From: Octopus vulgaris
Lineage: Eukaryota
Reading direction: 5' to 3'
Assembly (NCBI GenBank): GCA_951406725.2
Contig: OX597822.1
Span: forward strand, 41,292,001 to 41,356,000
Length of the DNA: 64,000 nucleotides
Part shown: positions 26,440-40,351 of the stretch, one piece after another
Layout of the letters: every line of letters begins with the position of its first letter
Numbering within the stretch: the first letter of the stretch is position 1
Made by a program: the position numbers and the translations under genes
The notes under the pieces: model-generated
The model's input: the letters and a program-made list of their open reading frames with translations, nothing else
Told to the model about the DNA's origin: nothing
Databases searched by the model: none

Positions 26440-27150
26440 AACGAGGAAAGTTATTCCCGAATTGGTTCCGATTTCTGGATTCATCCAAAAAGAATTTTTT
26501 CTTCATCGGAGAGGAACACAAAATGAAAATAAATGAAATACTTAGACATTCCAGTTTTGAATACATTTAAGTACCCCAAGTATATCCAAGTAGAAATTCC
26601 GTAGCAAGCCTCGACACATGTGTAGTTGTTCAGGAAACGCCTAGAACTGAATCAATTTTCAATCACTTCGGGACTGGCAACCACTTGGGTGCGTTTTTTT
26701 TTTACTTAATCCAGAAATCGGAACCGAGAGAAAAATTAAAGCATTCTTCTTTCGTGAAGAATATTAACTTTGTTATGTAACTGCTTTGCACGATTAAAAC
26801 GATTTTCCTGTGACCTTGTAGACAGGAACTGGTCTTTCCACAGTACATACGACTGCTTTCGAATTTCCACTTGCACCATACTTTTGATAGTCACTCTGAT
26901 AACTGAAGCTTTTTTTTTTTCGATCATTATCGATAATACTTTGAACCCGATAAATAAACTGCAATGTCCTTATAATGTTAAAATGTTTTGAATATCTTTT
27001 TGTCTTTGATAGAGAGGAGAGATTATCGGCACAAGCTTCCAGTTCAATCTGAACTTTGTGTACAAAATATCTTGCAACATTTACGAAGGTTGTAATTTCT
27101 AAATCGTTGTGGTTTGCATTTATAGCAACCGTGGTTGCATGTCTTTTCAT
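26440..27150 (-). pseudogene. Decayed Tc1/mariner-superfamily transposase, possibly DD37D/maT-like
   Basis: MKRHATTVAINANHNDLEITTFVNVARYFVHKVQIELE...IRTLQFIYRVQSIIDND, then IRKQSYVLWKDQFLSTRSQENRFNRAKQLHNK and FLSDE. Family inferred from N-terminal resemblance only; the catalytic spacing is not visible. Confidence 0.6.
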
Positions 27151-27249
27151 TTCTTTGAACTTTTTAACTGGTTTGAAAGGGTAATATACTAATAATTAAG
27201 TGTCCTCAACTAATATCGAGTAGGATTAGCGGTGACAGCCCAGTAAATG

Positions 27250-27640
27250 GTGGATACAACATTGAGGCCGTTGTCTACGAAGCAGAGGTGTGTTTTTTTT
27301 TCCAGTAATAGTAAGAACAGTAGTAATGGTATGCTACACACAAAGAAATATGTCGGGATAATAGAGGGCACCTTTAGAGACAGGGTAAACAATCAGAGAT
27401 CCTCTTTTAGGCTCCAAGAGAGATGTAACGTAACAACATTGGTTTGGGTATAGACAGCGATTAAAAGAGGAAGGAACCATATACAAAATCAATTGGAAAC
27501 TGCTGGAACAACCAGGAACCATACCTGACCAGAAGCAGATAATACAAGCTATACGTAGCCGAGAAGATAATCCTAAAAAAATTCACACAATCTGTGTATT
27601 TTCCTGGACTCAAAAGTTTTGGAACGTGGTTTTTTCCCTC
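27250..27640 (+). pseudogene. Penelope-like element GIY-YIG endonuclease remnant
   Basis: KYVGIIEGTFRDRVNNQRSSFR...LKEEGTIYKINWKLL...KLYVAEKIIL follows the YIG..E..FK.R.NNH..SF / I.W..L / L...EK pattern of PLE endonucleases. Confidence 0.7.
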
Positions 27641-28152
27641 TATTCGCACTAGAGAACAGAAAATATGTACTAAGGCCCAGCCGACCCTAGCAGCCGCGGA
27701 TGGAATCGTACAATAGGAGACAACTCCTCTTTCACCCCACCCAAGAAAGTTTATATTTTTTAATTCGTTTTTTTTTTTACCACTTGCTAACTAAATCCGC
27801 ATATTTACCCCCAGCATTAAAGAGGCTATATGTATTCTGTATTCTGTATTACCAAGTACAATAGTAGATATGAAACCAACGGTAACGTTTTAACAGGTTA
27901 TACGCCATATCCAGGAATATGCTACTCGTTAATACAGAAATATAATGCCGCAGATTCTCTTTTAGAATGTGCTTTTCTCTGACTTATAGACAATTGACCG
28001 ATATATGTGTGTGTGGGAGGGGGGTGTTACAGACCACTCAAAAGTCTACAGAAGAACGATGTAAGGCATGTTAAAGTGGTATACGTCCAATTCTTAAACA
28101 AATCACGGATGCTGACACGATATACAACTATACTCTTTCACACACTCTCTCG

Positions 28153-28210
<58 letters not shown>

Positions 28211-29127
28211 ATATATATATGTGTGTGTGTGTGAATGTATGTGTGCGTGCGTGTGTGTGTGTGTATCCCTAATTATATAGTTTTAGCTCTCTAATGACTA
28301 TTGCTTACAATCACACGCACACATAATTTTATATATATTGACATGTGTATATATGTGTGTTTATATATATATATATATATATGCAGTAATCAAGTTATCC
28401 ATCTATATACACATGTGTGTGTACATACATGTATGTATATATATGTATATATATATATATATATATATGTTGGTATCTTTCTCTCACTCTCTTTCTCTAT
28501 ATATGTGTGTGTGTGAGCAGATACAAACATACATGCATGCATACATACATACATACATACATACAGTCATACATACATACATACATACATACATACATAC
28601 ATACATACATACATACAGTCATACATCCATTTGTACGTATGTATAAACATATATATCAACAGGATGGTGACGTTTCAGTGTAGGATTTACAGAAATTTAA
28701 ACAAGCTGTAAACAATAGCTTTGAAGAGTTGAAACTTTGTACGGCAGTTATTCGTGTAGGGAGGGAGACAGATTAACGGAACAGCAGACATTAAATGAGC
28801 TACAAGTAAACTACCAACATTACACGCGCGCGCACGCACACGCACACGCACACACACACAAGAGAAACATATACACGTACATATACACACGTAACACGCA
28901 TGAATATACCCACGGAGGCTCATACAGTGATACGCATACAGACGTAAGCAACACATTTACAGACATAAATGCGCGCACGCACACACACACACAGCGAGTG
29001 GGCATATGCATACAATAATATACAAACATTCAAACGGCATTCATACTCATACGCACACACATAGATATCTACATATACATACAGTGACTTACATAACACA
29101 CATACACACGCTAACATACTAATGATT

Positions 29128-29215
<88 letters not shown>

Positions 29216-29309
29216 TCACGCCCACATTCAAGCATCAAGCAGTTGTATAAAATTTTACCTGCTTCCATACATACAAGTATATTGTTACTAACTCATGCAC
29301 ATACGAGCT

Positions 29310-29453
29310 TCATGTGACTGTATGGTAAGAAGTTTGTTTCTAACCACATGGTTCCGGGTTCAATCCAACTGCGTAAGTGTCTTTTACTGTAGCATCGGAC
29401 CGACTAAAGCCTTGTGCGTTAATCTTCAAGACGGATACTGAAAGAAGCTCATC

Positions 29454-29496
<43 letters not shown>

Positions 29497-29515
29497 CAAC
29501 CCCTCTCTCAATTTG

Positions 29516-29546
<31 letters not shown>

Positions 29547-29693
29547 TTTATAGAAGGAGCTTCCTGAAGATTTCATCTGAATGAAACAGTTCTAGTCCTG
29601 TAGAAGCTCCTTCTATAAAATAAATTACTTTACTCTGCTATGTATTGAGTACCTTATTTACTGTGGTTAACCCCGACTCAACCCGGGACCTAC

Positions 29694-29724
<31 letters not shown>

Positions 29725-29950
29725 CAAATACACATGTGAGTGTGTGTGTATGTTTGCTCCCAACACCCACCTACCCACCCAATCATCACTTGACAACCTG
29801 TGTTGGTGTATTTACGTCCCCAAAGTACCCGACAGAATAAATACCGGGCTTTGAGAAAGTAAGTACGAGGGTTGATTCGTTCGACTGAAATATTTCGAAG
29901 CGATGCCCCCGCATGGCCGCAGTCTAATGACTGAAACAAATGAAAGATGA
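29310..29950 (+). mobile_element. SINE family B interrupted in its internal (TA)n by a foldback insert
   Basis: 5' half at 29310-29455 and 3' half at ~29740-29950, with unrelated sequence between. Confidence 0.7.
29541..29625 (+). ncRNA. Hammerhead-like core enclosed by perfect 23-bp inverted arms
   Basis: CTGAAGA (29564), TTCA/TGAA stem, GAAAC and GTC between arms 29541-29563 and 29603-29625; helix I is offset by 5 nt and helix III is weak. Confidence 0.45.
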
Positions 29951-29972
29951 ATAAGATATATATATATATATA

Positions 29973-30345
29973 AGCGTAGGCTGTGTGGTAAGTAGCTTGC
30001 TCACCAGCCACATGGTACCGGGTTCAGTCCCACTGCGTGGCACCTTGGGCAAGTGTCTTCTGCTATAGCCTCGGGCTGACCAGAATCTTGTGAGTGGATT
30101 TGGTAAACGGAAACTGGAAGAAGCTCGTCGTATATGTATATATGTGTGTGTATATGTTTGTGTGTCCGTGTTTGTCCCCCAACATCGCTTGACAACCGAT
30201 GCTGGTGTGTTTACGTCCTCGTAACTTAGCGGTTCGGCTAAGAGACCGAGAGAATAAGTACTAGGCTTACAAAGAATAAGCTCTGGGATCGATTTGCTCG
30301 ACTAAAGGCAGTGATCCAGCATGGCTGAAACAAGTAAAAGAGAGT
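29973..30345 (+). mobile_element. SINE family B
   Basis: Near full-length match to the family B sequence. Confidence 0.88.
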
Positions 30346-30347
30346 AC

Positions 30348-30398
<51 letters not shown>

Positions 30399-30508
30399 TG
30401 TGTGTGTGCATAAGACATCTAAGTGTCCATAAGTCAAGAAAAGTGCACTCATATATCTGTCAAGAGAATGGGTATATTATCCGGTGGCTGACCTTACCAA
30501 TCGGTTTC

Positions 30509-30592
30509 GCACCACTGATGAGCGTAGGGTTACATAATCGGATTGTTACTCGACACTCCGTTGAGTCCCTAGTGCGAAACCGATGGTCTGCC
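30509..30592 (+). ncRNA. Type I hammerhead ribozyme-like motif
   Basis: CTGATGA (30515-30521); helix II GCG-TAGGG...CCCTA-g-TGC with inner hairpin ACTCGAC/GTTGAGT; GAAA (30576-30579); helix III CC-gat-GG; GTC site 30586-30588. Helix I has only 2 bp. Confidence 0.55.
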
Positions 30593-31706
30593 GTAAATGA
30601 TATATATTACTGTACTCTTCGGATAATGTGTGTGTGTTGACACACACACAGAGAAAGAAAGATACGCATCCTTTGCTCCGTATTGGGTTGTAAACTTTGG
30701 TACTACAGACATGTGATTAGAATGTGGCATAAAATATTTGCAAAATGGATTCTTCAAGCCGAGCGAACCGGCAGGAGACTTAGGGGTGAACCAAGAGCGA
30801 GATAGTTTGATAATATTTATAATTTTTCAGTTGGTCACGGTTGGGAATCCAACCGGAATGTATAATAACAGTTGCTTCTGAACGGACCTTATATCTGAAG
30901 ACTCTACTCCCACATCACTTCAAGACCCTCCAAGGAACAGCGAGCGGAGGAGATAAATGGATGCATGGATAGATGCACACATACATACACACACATGTAA
31001 GTGTGTGTGTGAGTGTATATGTATGTATGTATATAAGTATGTATGAGGTGTATTACATGTAAATTTTCCTATACAAATATATTTATACATTTTACAAAGT
31101 ATATCAACCATAATAACGAATATAGCTATAGAACGAAACCATTGACATAATCTCATTTATTTCATGTTTATGCTATTATCGTTGTAAATTGGAAAGGTCA
31201 TATTGCCAATAAATACTCCTACAGGTTGTAATTTTCTTCAGTTTTAGTTGTATCCTCAATTAATTTGATATAAATCTTTCGCCACAATACATTATTCAGT
31301 CGAATTAACCATTGAATTCCCATTATTAAGGAAAGATCTTTCATATATTCGTTCATAAATTTGTTATTTCTTGTTTGCAGCAAATATATCCAGTTTATCC
31401 CCCTATCTAGTTTATGTTCCTTTCCATATTATTGTTGTCCTCTGGCTCTCACATATTCCAGTCTTTTAACTTTTTCGTCCATTTGTCAAAGATCTCTTAA
31501 CCTGTGGTTATAGTTACACAAGAGTGTTGTTCTATTACACATACCTACACACAGACTCCAGTATACAACCCTCTTATTTCATCTACCCCCACTACATAGT
31601 TCTTTTAACGTATATATTAATGCTCCATTTTAATGTTAATATATAAATACTCCTCATTTGCTCGATCCGAATTTATTCTTAATTAATCTACCTCACCATG
31701 TTAATA

Positions 31707-32215
31707 CCGTAAATTCTCACGTATAATCCGGATTTTCCCCCGAAATTTAATGGTCAAAGTTCCTAGTGCGTACTATATACGAGGTTAAAAATGAAAAATA
31801 TTTTCTAAGCAATGTCCGAGTCTCTATTTGCTGTTTATTCAGACGCATTTTGTGATGTCGGGCGCGAAAATACCTTAAGCTAAGCCTGAAAGCAATGAAG
31901 TCATAAAAGAATCATCCATAACTTGCAATAAGCAACATTCATTAAACGTTATTAATGTTATAACTGTTATTTCTTTATTTTCTGCAAACAAAATGCACAA
32001 AAAAGCTACACGTTTGCATTATGTTATACATACAATAATAATAAAGGACGTTACCGTATGCATTTTTACAAACCAAGGACGTTATATAGACTTCCTTGAC
32101 TCAAGTTAGAGAAGGGGTGCGTATTATACACAAGGTTTAGGTTTTTCAGAGGTACAGCCCCTAAAAATTCCCTGCGTATTATACTCAAGGGCGGACTATA
32201 CTCGAGGATTTACGG
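31707..32215. mobile_element. MITE with CCGTA termini and TA duplication (Tc2/pogo-like)
   Basis: TA-CCGTAAATTCTCACGTATAATCCG ... GCGGACTATACTCGAGGATTTACGG-TA; subterminal GCGTATTATAC repeats. Confidence 0.82.
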
Positions 32216-32570
32216 TACTCTTCATTTTACTCTGTATCAGTCTATTAATTATCCTCATTTTATTAAACCATTAGATTTTGTTTATTATTGAACAAAAAGC
32301 TTAAATTATGAAAGTTATATTTTTAGTGTCTATTAATGTGAGGGTGCATGGCTCAGTGGTTAGGGTTCTGTACTCACAATCGTGAGATCACGGTTTCAAT
32401 ACTTGGACATGGTTGTGCTGTGTGATCTTCAGCAAAACACTTTATCTCACGTTGCTCTTTGGTTACTTCGACACATGACGTGTAGTAAACTGTACACCTT
32501 TGTCTGTGCAACGTCGCTTTGATGGAGGGATTGAGCTAATGCATAGAACATACGTTTGATCCCTATAAAC

Positions 32571-32822
32571 TAGTGGTTCCCAACCATTTTTAGCAATAGA
32601 TCCTTTTAATTCCTATTTTACTCGGCTGTACCCTCATTGTCATTCAGTGTTTAGAAAATCCTATTGTACTATTATTATTAAATATTGTTAGGAATTGTAT
32701 GAAAAATTCCCAAAGTATTTTGTGTCATGTAGAAGTTTAACAAATTCATTGCACATAAATTTTAATAACAAAACTTTGTCTGGGCCTTCAAGGGTTATAT
32801 GAACCCTGGCTGAAAATCACTG
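32571..32822. mobile_element. hAT (Charlie-like) MITE next to a decayed family C-like SINE (~32340)
   Basis: Termini TAGTGGTTCCCAACC / GGCTGAAAATCACTG; partial TSD CTATA; homologous to the ends of 46861-48222. Confidence 0.7.
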
Positions 32823-33601
32823 CTATAGGTTTGTGTAGGTTGTCTTGTATGTAGTAGCAAAAACGTCTTTCTCGGACTATGGAGACTACCATCAATCAAT
32901 CAATGTGTATTTCTTGATCACCGCAACCAAATAAACAAATTAATTATTAATGGAAAATAAACAATTAATAACTAAACAATTAATTACTAAAATTCAATGG
33001 GGTCTTTCAGTCTCTTTAAATTATCTACGCTTTAGAAAGGGAATACATTCAACTGTTGCTAGATTTAAACTCCGAATGTCAAGAAGTGTAATTAAATAAT
33101 GGTTTAGATTGGATCAGATTGGTACCAATATTTATTAGACTCCTACATTATTGCATGTAGGGTTTTGTCTTGTTCTTCACTCCAATATTTGGTAGTTACT
33201 CTATGAAGTCATTCGAACACCATCGCAAAGAATATACTACATCTTTCTCCAAGTACATTTGGAAAAAGAGAGATGAGATGAATTCAACAATACGGTATAG
33301 TTTATCTTAGACCGACCCATTCCAAACAGTGAAATTTCAAAACGTAGCCATTTATAGTTGTCTCAGAAATATCAGATTATAAACCACCTTATATTTAATA
33401 GCAACACTAAGCTACAAGCGCCTTGAAAGCAAAAAGTAAATTTTTTTATCTTGTTCAAAGTAACAAAGCGCCGGTAAAATCATACATCACATGACACATC
33501 GCCATCTTGTATTTTGCTTCAACAGCAACAGGATTGGCTCAAATACTGGATTGGCTCAAATTCCTGGATACTAGTGTGAAATAACGGTACGCAGGTAGCT
33601 A

Positions 33602-33638
<37 letters not shown>

Positions 33639-33767
33639 TCTCTCTCTCTCTCTCTCTCTCTTTCTATCACACACGTACATACACACGCATGCTCACACAA
33701 TCTCTCTTTTTCTCTCTCTCCTCTCCTCTCTCTCTCTCTCTGTCTTTCTGTCTCTTTCTCTCTCTCT

Positions 33768-33847
<80 letters not shown>

Positions 33848-34001
33848 GTATTTATATAGAGAGAGCTAGATAACTTGCTAGTTAGATAGATACATACATA
33901 CATACACTCATGCAAACATACGTACATACATAACTACATACTTAGATAAGATAGACAGATTGATAGATATACACATATATATGCACATATACGTATATAT
34001 G

Positions 34002-34046
<45 letters not shown>

Positions 34047-34597
34047 ATATATATATTTATATATATATACATGTATATATTTATATTTATATATATATAC
34101 ATGCATGTATATATTTATATTTATATATATACATACATGAATACATGTATGTATGTATATATGTATGCATGTATGTATGTATGTATGTATGTATGTATGT
34201 ATGTATGTATGTATGTATGTATGTTTGTATGTATGTATGTATGTATGTATGCATGTATGTATGTATGTATATATGTATATATGTATGTATATGATCCCAC
34301 ACATAAAATACATTAACGTAAAAAAGACAATGACAAAGACGAGAAGCTATTATAAATCCATCTCGAATTATCCATTAAAAATGGTAAACAGTTTTCTGCT
34401 GAGGTAAACTAAAGCCTGGAGAGGTGTGAGGGGGAATGGCCCTTAAGTAGCTTTCGGGGTGGGTTTGGGGGGGGGGGGGCTTAGTGGAGAAACATCTGAC
34501 ATATGTCTCGAGTCGGGTCTAAAAGACGTTTCATACATACACACATATAGAAACACAAACACACGCACACACATACACACACACACATATATACGCG

Positions 34598-34638
<41 letters not shown>

Positions 34639-35540
34639 CGCGATCACACACCTCCACACACACATGCATGCACACTCACAAGCATACACCTACACACTCA
34701 CAAGCATACACCTACACACACGCTCACACGCAGACTCTCACACATCGGCACATACACTCACACACTCACACACGCACACATACACACACTCGCTCATACG
34801 CACACCTACAGACTCACACACATACATGCATACACACTAACACACATACAGATGCACATATACACACAAATATACCGAGGAAAAGTGGGAAATTGATATT
34901 TTGAGAGAATAATGTGTGTGCGCGCGTGCCCGCGTGGGTGCACGCTTGAATATTTACATGCACAGTACAGTATATTTGTATGCACATACACACATACATA
35001 TATGTAAATATATACACACATACTTATAAACATAAACATATACATACATTTATATATATATATATACACTCATATACGTACACACATGTACATACCCACA
35101 CATACCCCACCACCACCGTACACCTACAGTATATACATGCTATTTATCTCTATCTCTTCGACATAAACCTCACACAGACATTGACACTAACCCAATTCTC
35201 ATTCCAATCTATTTAGTAGGATGATAAATTAAAGTTAAGGAGAGCTTGAAATCAAATCTCACACATACTCAACACCCACAAACACAAACAACACACCACG
35301 TGTACATACATAACCTTACATACACTTACATAGACGCCCACAGTTTTAATTCTATTTCACACAAAAAAAAAAGATCCCATTCATTTTCTCCATCCACACA
35401 CCTATTCTTCTCATCCACACACATACCCTCTTTATTGCCACTTTAATGATAACATACATACATACATTCATACATACATACATACATACATACATACATA
35501 CATACATACATACATACATACATACAGACATACATACATA

Positions 35541-35706
35541 AGCGAAGGCGTGGCTGCACGGTAAGAAGCTTGCTTGCCAACCACATAGGGCCGGGTTCAA
35601 TCTTATGGCGTGGCACGTTGGACAAGTATCTTCTACTATAGCCACGAGTCGACCAAAGCCTTGTGATTGGATTTAGTGGAGGAAACTGAAAGAAGCGCGT
35701 CCTATA

Positions 35707-35750
<44 letters not shown>

Positions 35751-35880
35751 TGTCTGTCTGTCTGACTGTGTGTATATATATATGTATGTATATGTAACTA
35801 TGTATGTGTGTCTTTGTATCTCTGTTTGTCCCCCCGGGGTTGGTGCGTTTATGTTTCCGTAACTTAGCGGTTCGGGAAAT
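35541..35880 (+). mobile_element. SINE family B, 3'-truncated
   Basis: Family B head and core; followed by a short fragment (35881-35930) matching the terminal-repeat-like segment at 55437-55480. Confidence 0.8.
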
Positions 35881-35936
35881 TAGACATCACTTGTCTTCGT
35901 CTTTTGTTCTTTTTGTGAATTCTCCCTATATGTATG

Positions 35937-35967
<31 letters not shown>

Positions 35968-36079
35968 CATATGAGGGATTTTGTTCACTGGTGATCTAAA
36001 CAAATGGGTACGCTGAGTAAGTGCTATAACTGGTCACCCGTTAGGTTCCAAGTTCACGTCTGAGGCTGGGGCTAGATCC

Positions 36080-36707
36080 GATCTAGAATTATCTAGTAAT
36101 TTTTTACTATTTTCATCTTGTTTCTTTGTTTTTTCTCCGTGTTGATATATGGACAATTAAAGTGGTTTTAGAGTCAGATCGTGGCTGCTATTTTCAGCAT
36201 GGTGGTATCTCGTAGATATAATATATAATTATAATGATTACTACCTTTGAAGGTTATTTTTTCCATGCTGACCACTTGATAAAATCGCTATTTTATTTTT
36301 AAATTAACGATCTTATCCTTATTTGTATAAATTTAAATATATTTCGTCACTGAATTTACTGCGGCGATATTCTGACCATATTTCACATGGAATGAAACGG
36401 CGGGCATTTTGAACTGGCCACGATGCATACGTGCATATATATGTAGGTATACGTTCGTATATGTAAGTATTCGTATATTGTATTTATATATATATGTATT
36501 TATGTTTATCTTCTGTTTGTATTCTACTGACGAGGCAAAACATTCATAAATGCCAAATCGGAAATCCGGATCTAGAATTATCCAGTAATTTTTTACTAGT
36601 TTCATCTTGTCTCTTTGTTTTTTCTCCGTGTTGATATAAGGACAATTTAGGCGGTTTTAAAGTCAGATCGTGGCTGATATTTTCAGCATGGTGGTATCTC
36701 GTAGATA
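36080..36707 (+). repeat. ~139-bp direct repeat pair (36080-36218 and 36569-36707)
   Basis: GATCTAGAATTATC...GGTGGTATCTCGTAGATA occurs twice, 489 bp apart, with scattered substitutions. Confidence 0.9.
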
Positions 36708-36712
36708 CTCTA

Positions 36713-36821
<109 letters not shown>

Positions 36822-36857
36822 CTTACATATATATGTGTACATATACATATATACATG

Positions 36858-36909
<52 letters not shown>

Positions 36910-37006
36910 AACATACATCTACATGCACACATATATACTTATAAATATATATACATATATACACATGCATACACACATACACACACAGAAACTCACACGC
37001 ACATTC

Positions 37007-37330
<324 letters not shown>

Positions 37331-37506
37331 TATGTATGCGTTATTATACAGAACGATGAAATAGTTATAATCAGATATGTCTAGTTGCTAGATGATGGAT
37401 CACTGACCTCTGTATTGGGCAGAAAACTGTAGCTAGCTGTGATATATGGCGGTGGTGGTGGTGGTGGTGGTGGTGATGCTGGTGGTGGTGGTGGTGGTGG
37501 TGATGC

Positions 37507-37537
<31 letters not shown>

Positions 37538-38079
37538 GGTGGTGGATCTGCTGCTGTTTGGTGCTGTAGTTTGTGGTGGTTAGCTGTGGGGAAGTTGGTG
37601 GTAAAGGTGTTGGCGAGTACTACGATGGTAGAAATAGTGCTGGTAGAAATAATGCTGGTAGTTGTGGTGGTTGTGGTGGTGGTGGTGGTAGTGTTGTTGT
37701 TGTTGTTGTTGTTGTTGTGGGTGGTGGTGGCAGAAATGGTGATGTATTAAAAGTAGTGTTGGGTATGGTGATGCTTAAAGGGGCGGTCAAGGGGAATTCG
37801 GACATAAGACACTGCGAGCGAATGTCTACATTCATATATACGCATTCGTGCGCGCACGCCGACCCACACACACATCCATATACAGAGAGAAAAAGAACTC
37901 AATACTTCAAGTGTGGTAAATAGTTGTTTTATCTTATTATCGACCAGAATGTCAGATGTCCGTCTACACCGCTGGCAAGACTGTGCACACGCAGAGTCTT
38001 GTCCAGCTTTGATCTGAGCACATCGTTGGCCGAAGCAAACAGTTTCCATCCTGCTCTTAGTCTGTGCGAGACTGAATTA

Positions 38080-39032
38080 TGGACGGAATGAACTTATGTG
38101 AGATGCACAAGAAAAGAAAAGTTTAAAGAAAAATAAGAAAAAGATGGCACAATATAAATTGTATGCGCTCAAAAACAAAGATGGTCTCACAATGATAGAC
38201 AGAAGAAAGGCGAAGGAGATTTATAAATAATTTCCTTTAAAAACATTAGTTTTCGTAGAAGTGCCAACCATGCTGGTCTGTGAAATTGAAAGTGCTTTGA
38301 AACTGATGAAGAGAGATAAAACTCTAACAAAGGATGGCGTAACAATGGAAATATTAAAGAGTTGAGGAGAGCAACTGTAGAAAATTATCTTTTTTTATGT
38401 TACAGTAGATATTGAAAAGAGACAAAAATGCTTTCGCTGTGTAAGTAGTCGAATGCTATCTGGTTTTATAAAAAAAACTCTATAATCCAGTATCTTTTTT
38501 GTGTCACCTTTACAAGTTCTTTAGAAAAATCGTAGTCATCAGGTGAAGGAAACAACTCGCCGACCAACAGCTGGCGAAACAAATAGGGTTTCAGAACTAC
38601 AGCACAGTAGACGACATATTCAGTTTAACGCAGCTTCTAGTCTTTGGGGAGTGCAAGAAGTTGAGGTGCCATACATCAATCTTCTCTGATAGGGGGAACA
38701 CGGGACGTGCCACTGATATAGTTCTGTCACCATACGATATCATTTTCCAAAACTCTTCGATGCATATCTCGAAATGGTCATCAGAGATAATGATGGAAAA
38801 ACAGAGTCAACATCAATGCGAAGCTAGTGGCACACCTCTGATTCATAGATGACACCATGCTCACCCCAGAAACCTCGGATCAGCTGCAGAACATGCTACA
38901 GTTCAGCTGTAGACATTAGAAATGTACCGCAAGATAAAATACAACGTAGCACAAGTTCAAATGGTAGTAAGAAGTGGTGAAACTGAGAAGGTGAAAGAAT
39001 ACATCTACTTAGGCGAGACAGTAAATATATTC
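38080..39032 (+). pseudogene. Decayed LINE reverse transcriptase, probably RTE clade
   Basis: EIESALKLMKRDKTLTKDGVTMEILK, CHLYKFFRKIV, QIGF, STVDDIFSLTQL, QLQNML and EKVKEYIYLG in RT order, with many stops and deletions. Confidence 0.8.
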
Positions 39033-39035
39033 CGA

Positions 39036-39300
39036 AAGGCGACGAGCTGGCAGAAAGAAGCCCGTCGTATATATATGTGTGTGTGTTTGTGTGTATGTAT
39101 CTCTGTGTCTGTCTTTGTCTTCCCATCAACGCTTGACAATCGATGCTGGTATGTTTACGTCCCCGTAACTTAGCAGTTCAGCAAAAGAACCGATAGAATA
39201 AGTACTAGGCTTCAGAAATAAGTCCTGGGGTCGATTCGTTCGACTAAAACCTTTCAAGGCGGTGCTCCAGCATGGCCACAGACTGAAGCAAGTAAAAAAT
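39036..39300 (+). mobile_element. Chimeric SINE: family A head fused to a family B 3' half
   Basis: AAGGCGACGAGCTGGCAGAAA runs directly into GAAGCCCGTCGTATAT and the family B tail. Confidence 0.7.
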
Positions 39301-39504
39301 TAAAAGGGTACATATGATCACAGGCATTCCAGACATAGTGTATCTGGGTTACATCATCCAATGTGTCCTTTCCTTTTTTAAGACGGTAGGATTTGTTATA
39401 AGGGATATTTGGCTCCTTTTTCTAGCGAGTGAGCAACCAGGTAGAGAATTATTGCTTTCTATTGTCTGAAGCCCGTAATATGAAACATTATAAGTAAAGA
39501 ATGG

Positions 39505-39573
<69 letters not shown>

Positions 39574-39909
39574 AACGGAAGAACGGCTGATGAGGTGCCG
39601 TGGCAGGTTCAAATAACTCCTTGGTCAATCTAATTATTTATGCTTCCGGGGTCCGAGAAAATATATATACCAATCAGCTATAGAGATCGATTATAAAATA
39701 CGATCGATTATAAAATCCACCCCTCTCATATTTACAGATTTCCGTCTTTGGTCAGTATCTGTTAACATTATTCATGTAGACACCCCTACCTACCCCATAC
39801 ATACATACATACATACATACATACATACATACACACATACATACATACATACATACATACATACATACATACATACATACATACATGCATACATACATAC
39901 ATACATACA

Positions 39910-39977
<68 letters not shown>

Positions 39978-40298
39978 AGTACATATTTGCATTTATGTAT
40001 GTATGTATGTTTTCCTTTGAGACCAATTCCTTCCCACAATTCAAACCAATCCTTAACAAAGAGTCAAGGCTTCCTTATTTAAGTCGGGAGCGTTCCATGA
40101 ATTCATTTCTATTTGTGTCTGTATAGACATTCTTGCACTCACGCGATATAAGTATATGTCTCTCTTGCATGCATACATGTATGTATACATACATATATAT
40201 ATACGCATATACGCATATATATTATATATGTATATATAAACACATATATATATATATAAGCATATATATACACGCATATAAATATATATATTATATAT

Positions 40299-40351
<53 letters not shown>

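Noticed and set aside
37439-37750. Gly-rich plus hydrophobic ORF
   Set aside because: GGT/GTT trinucleotide repeat artefact.
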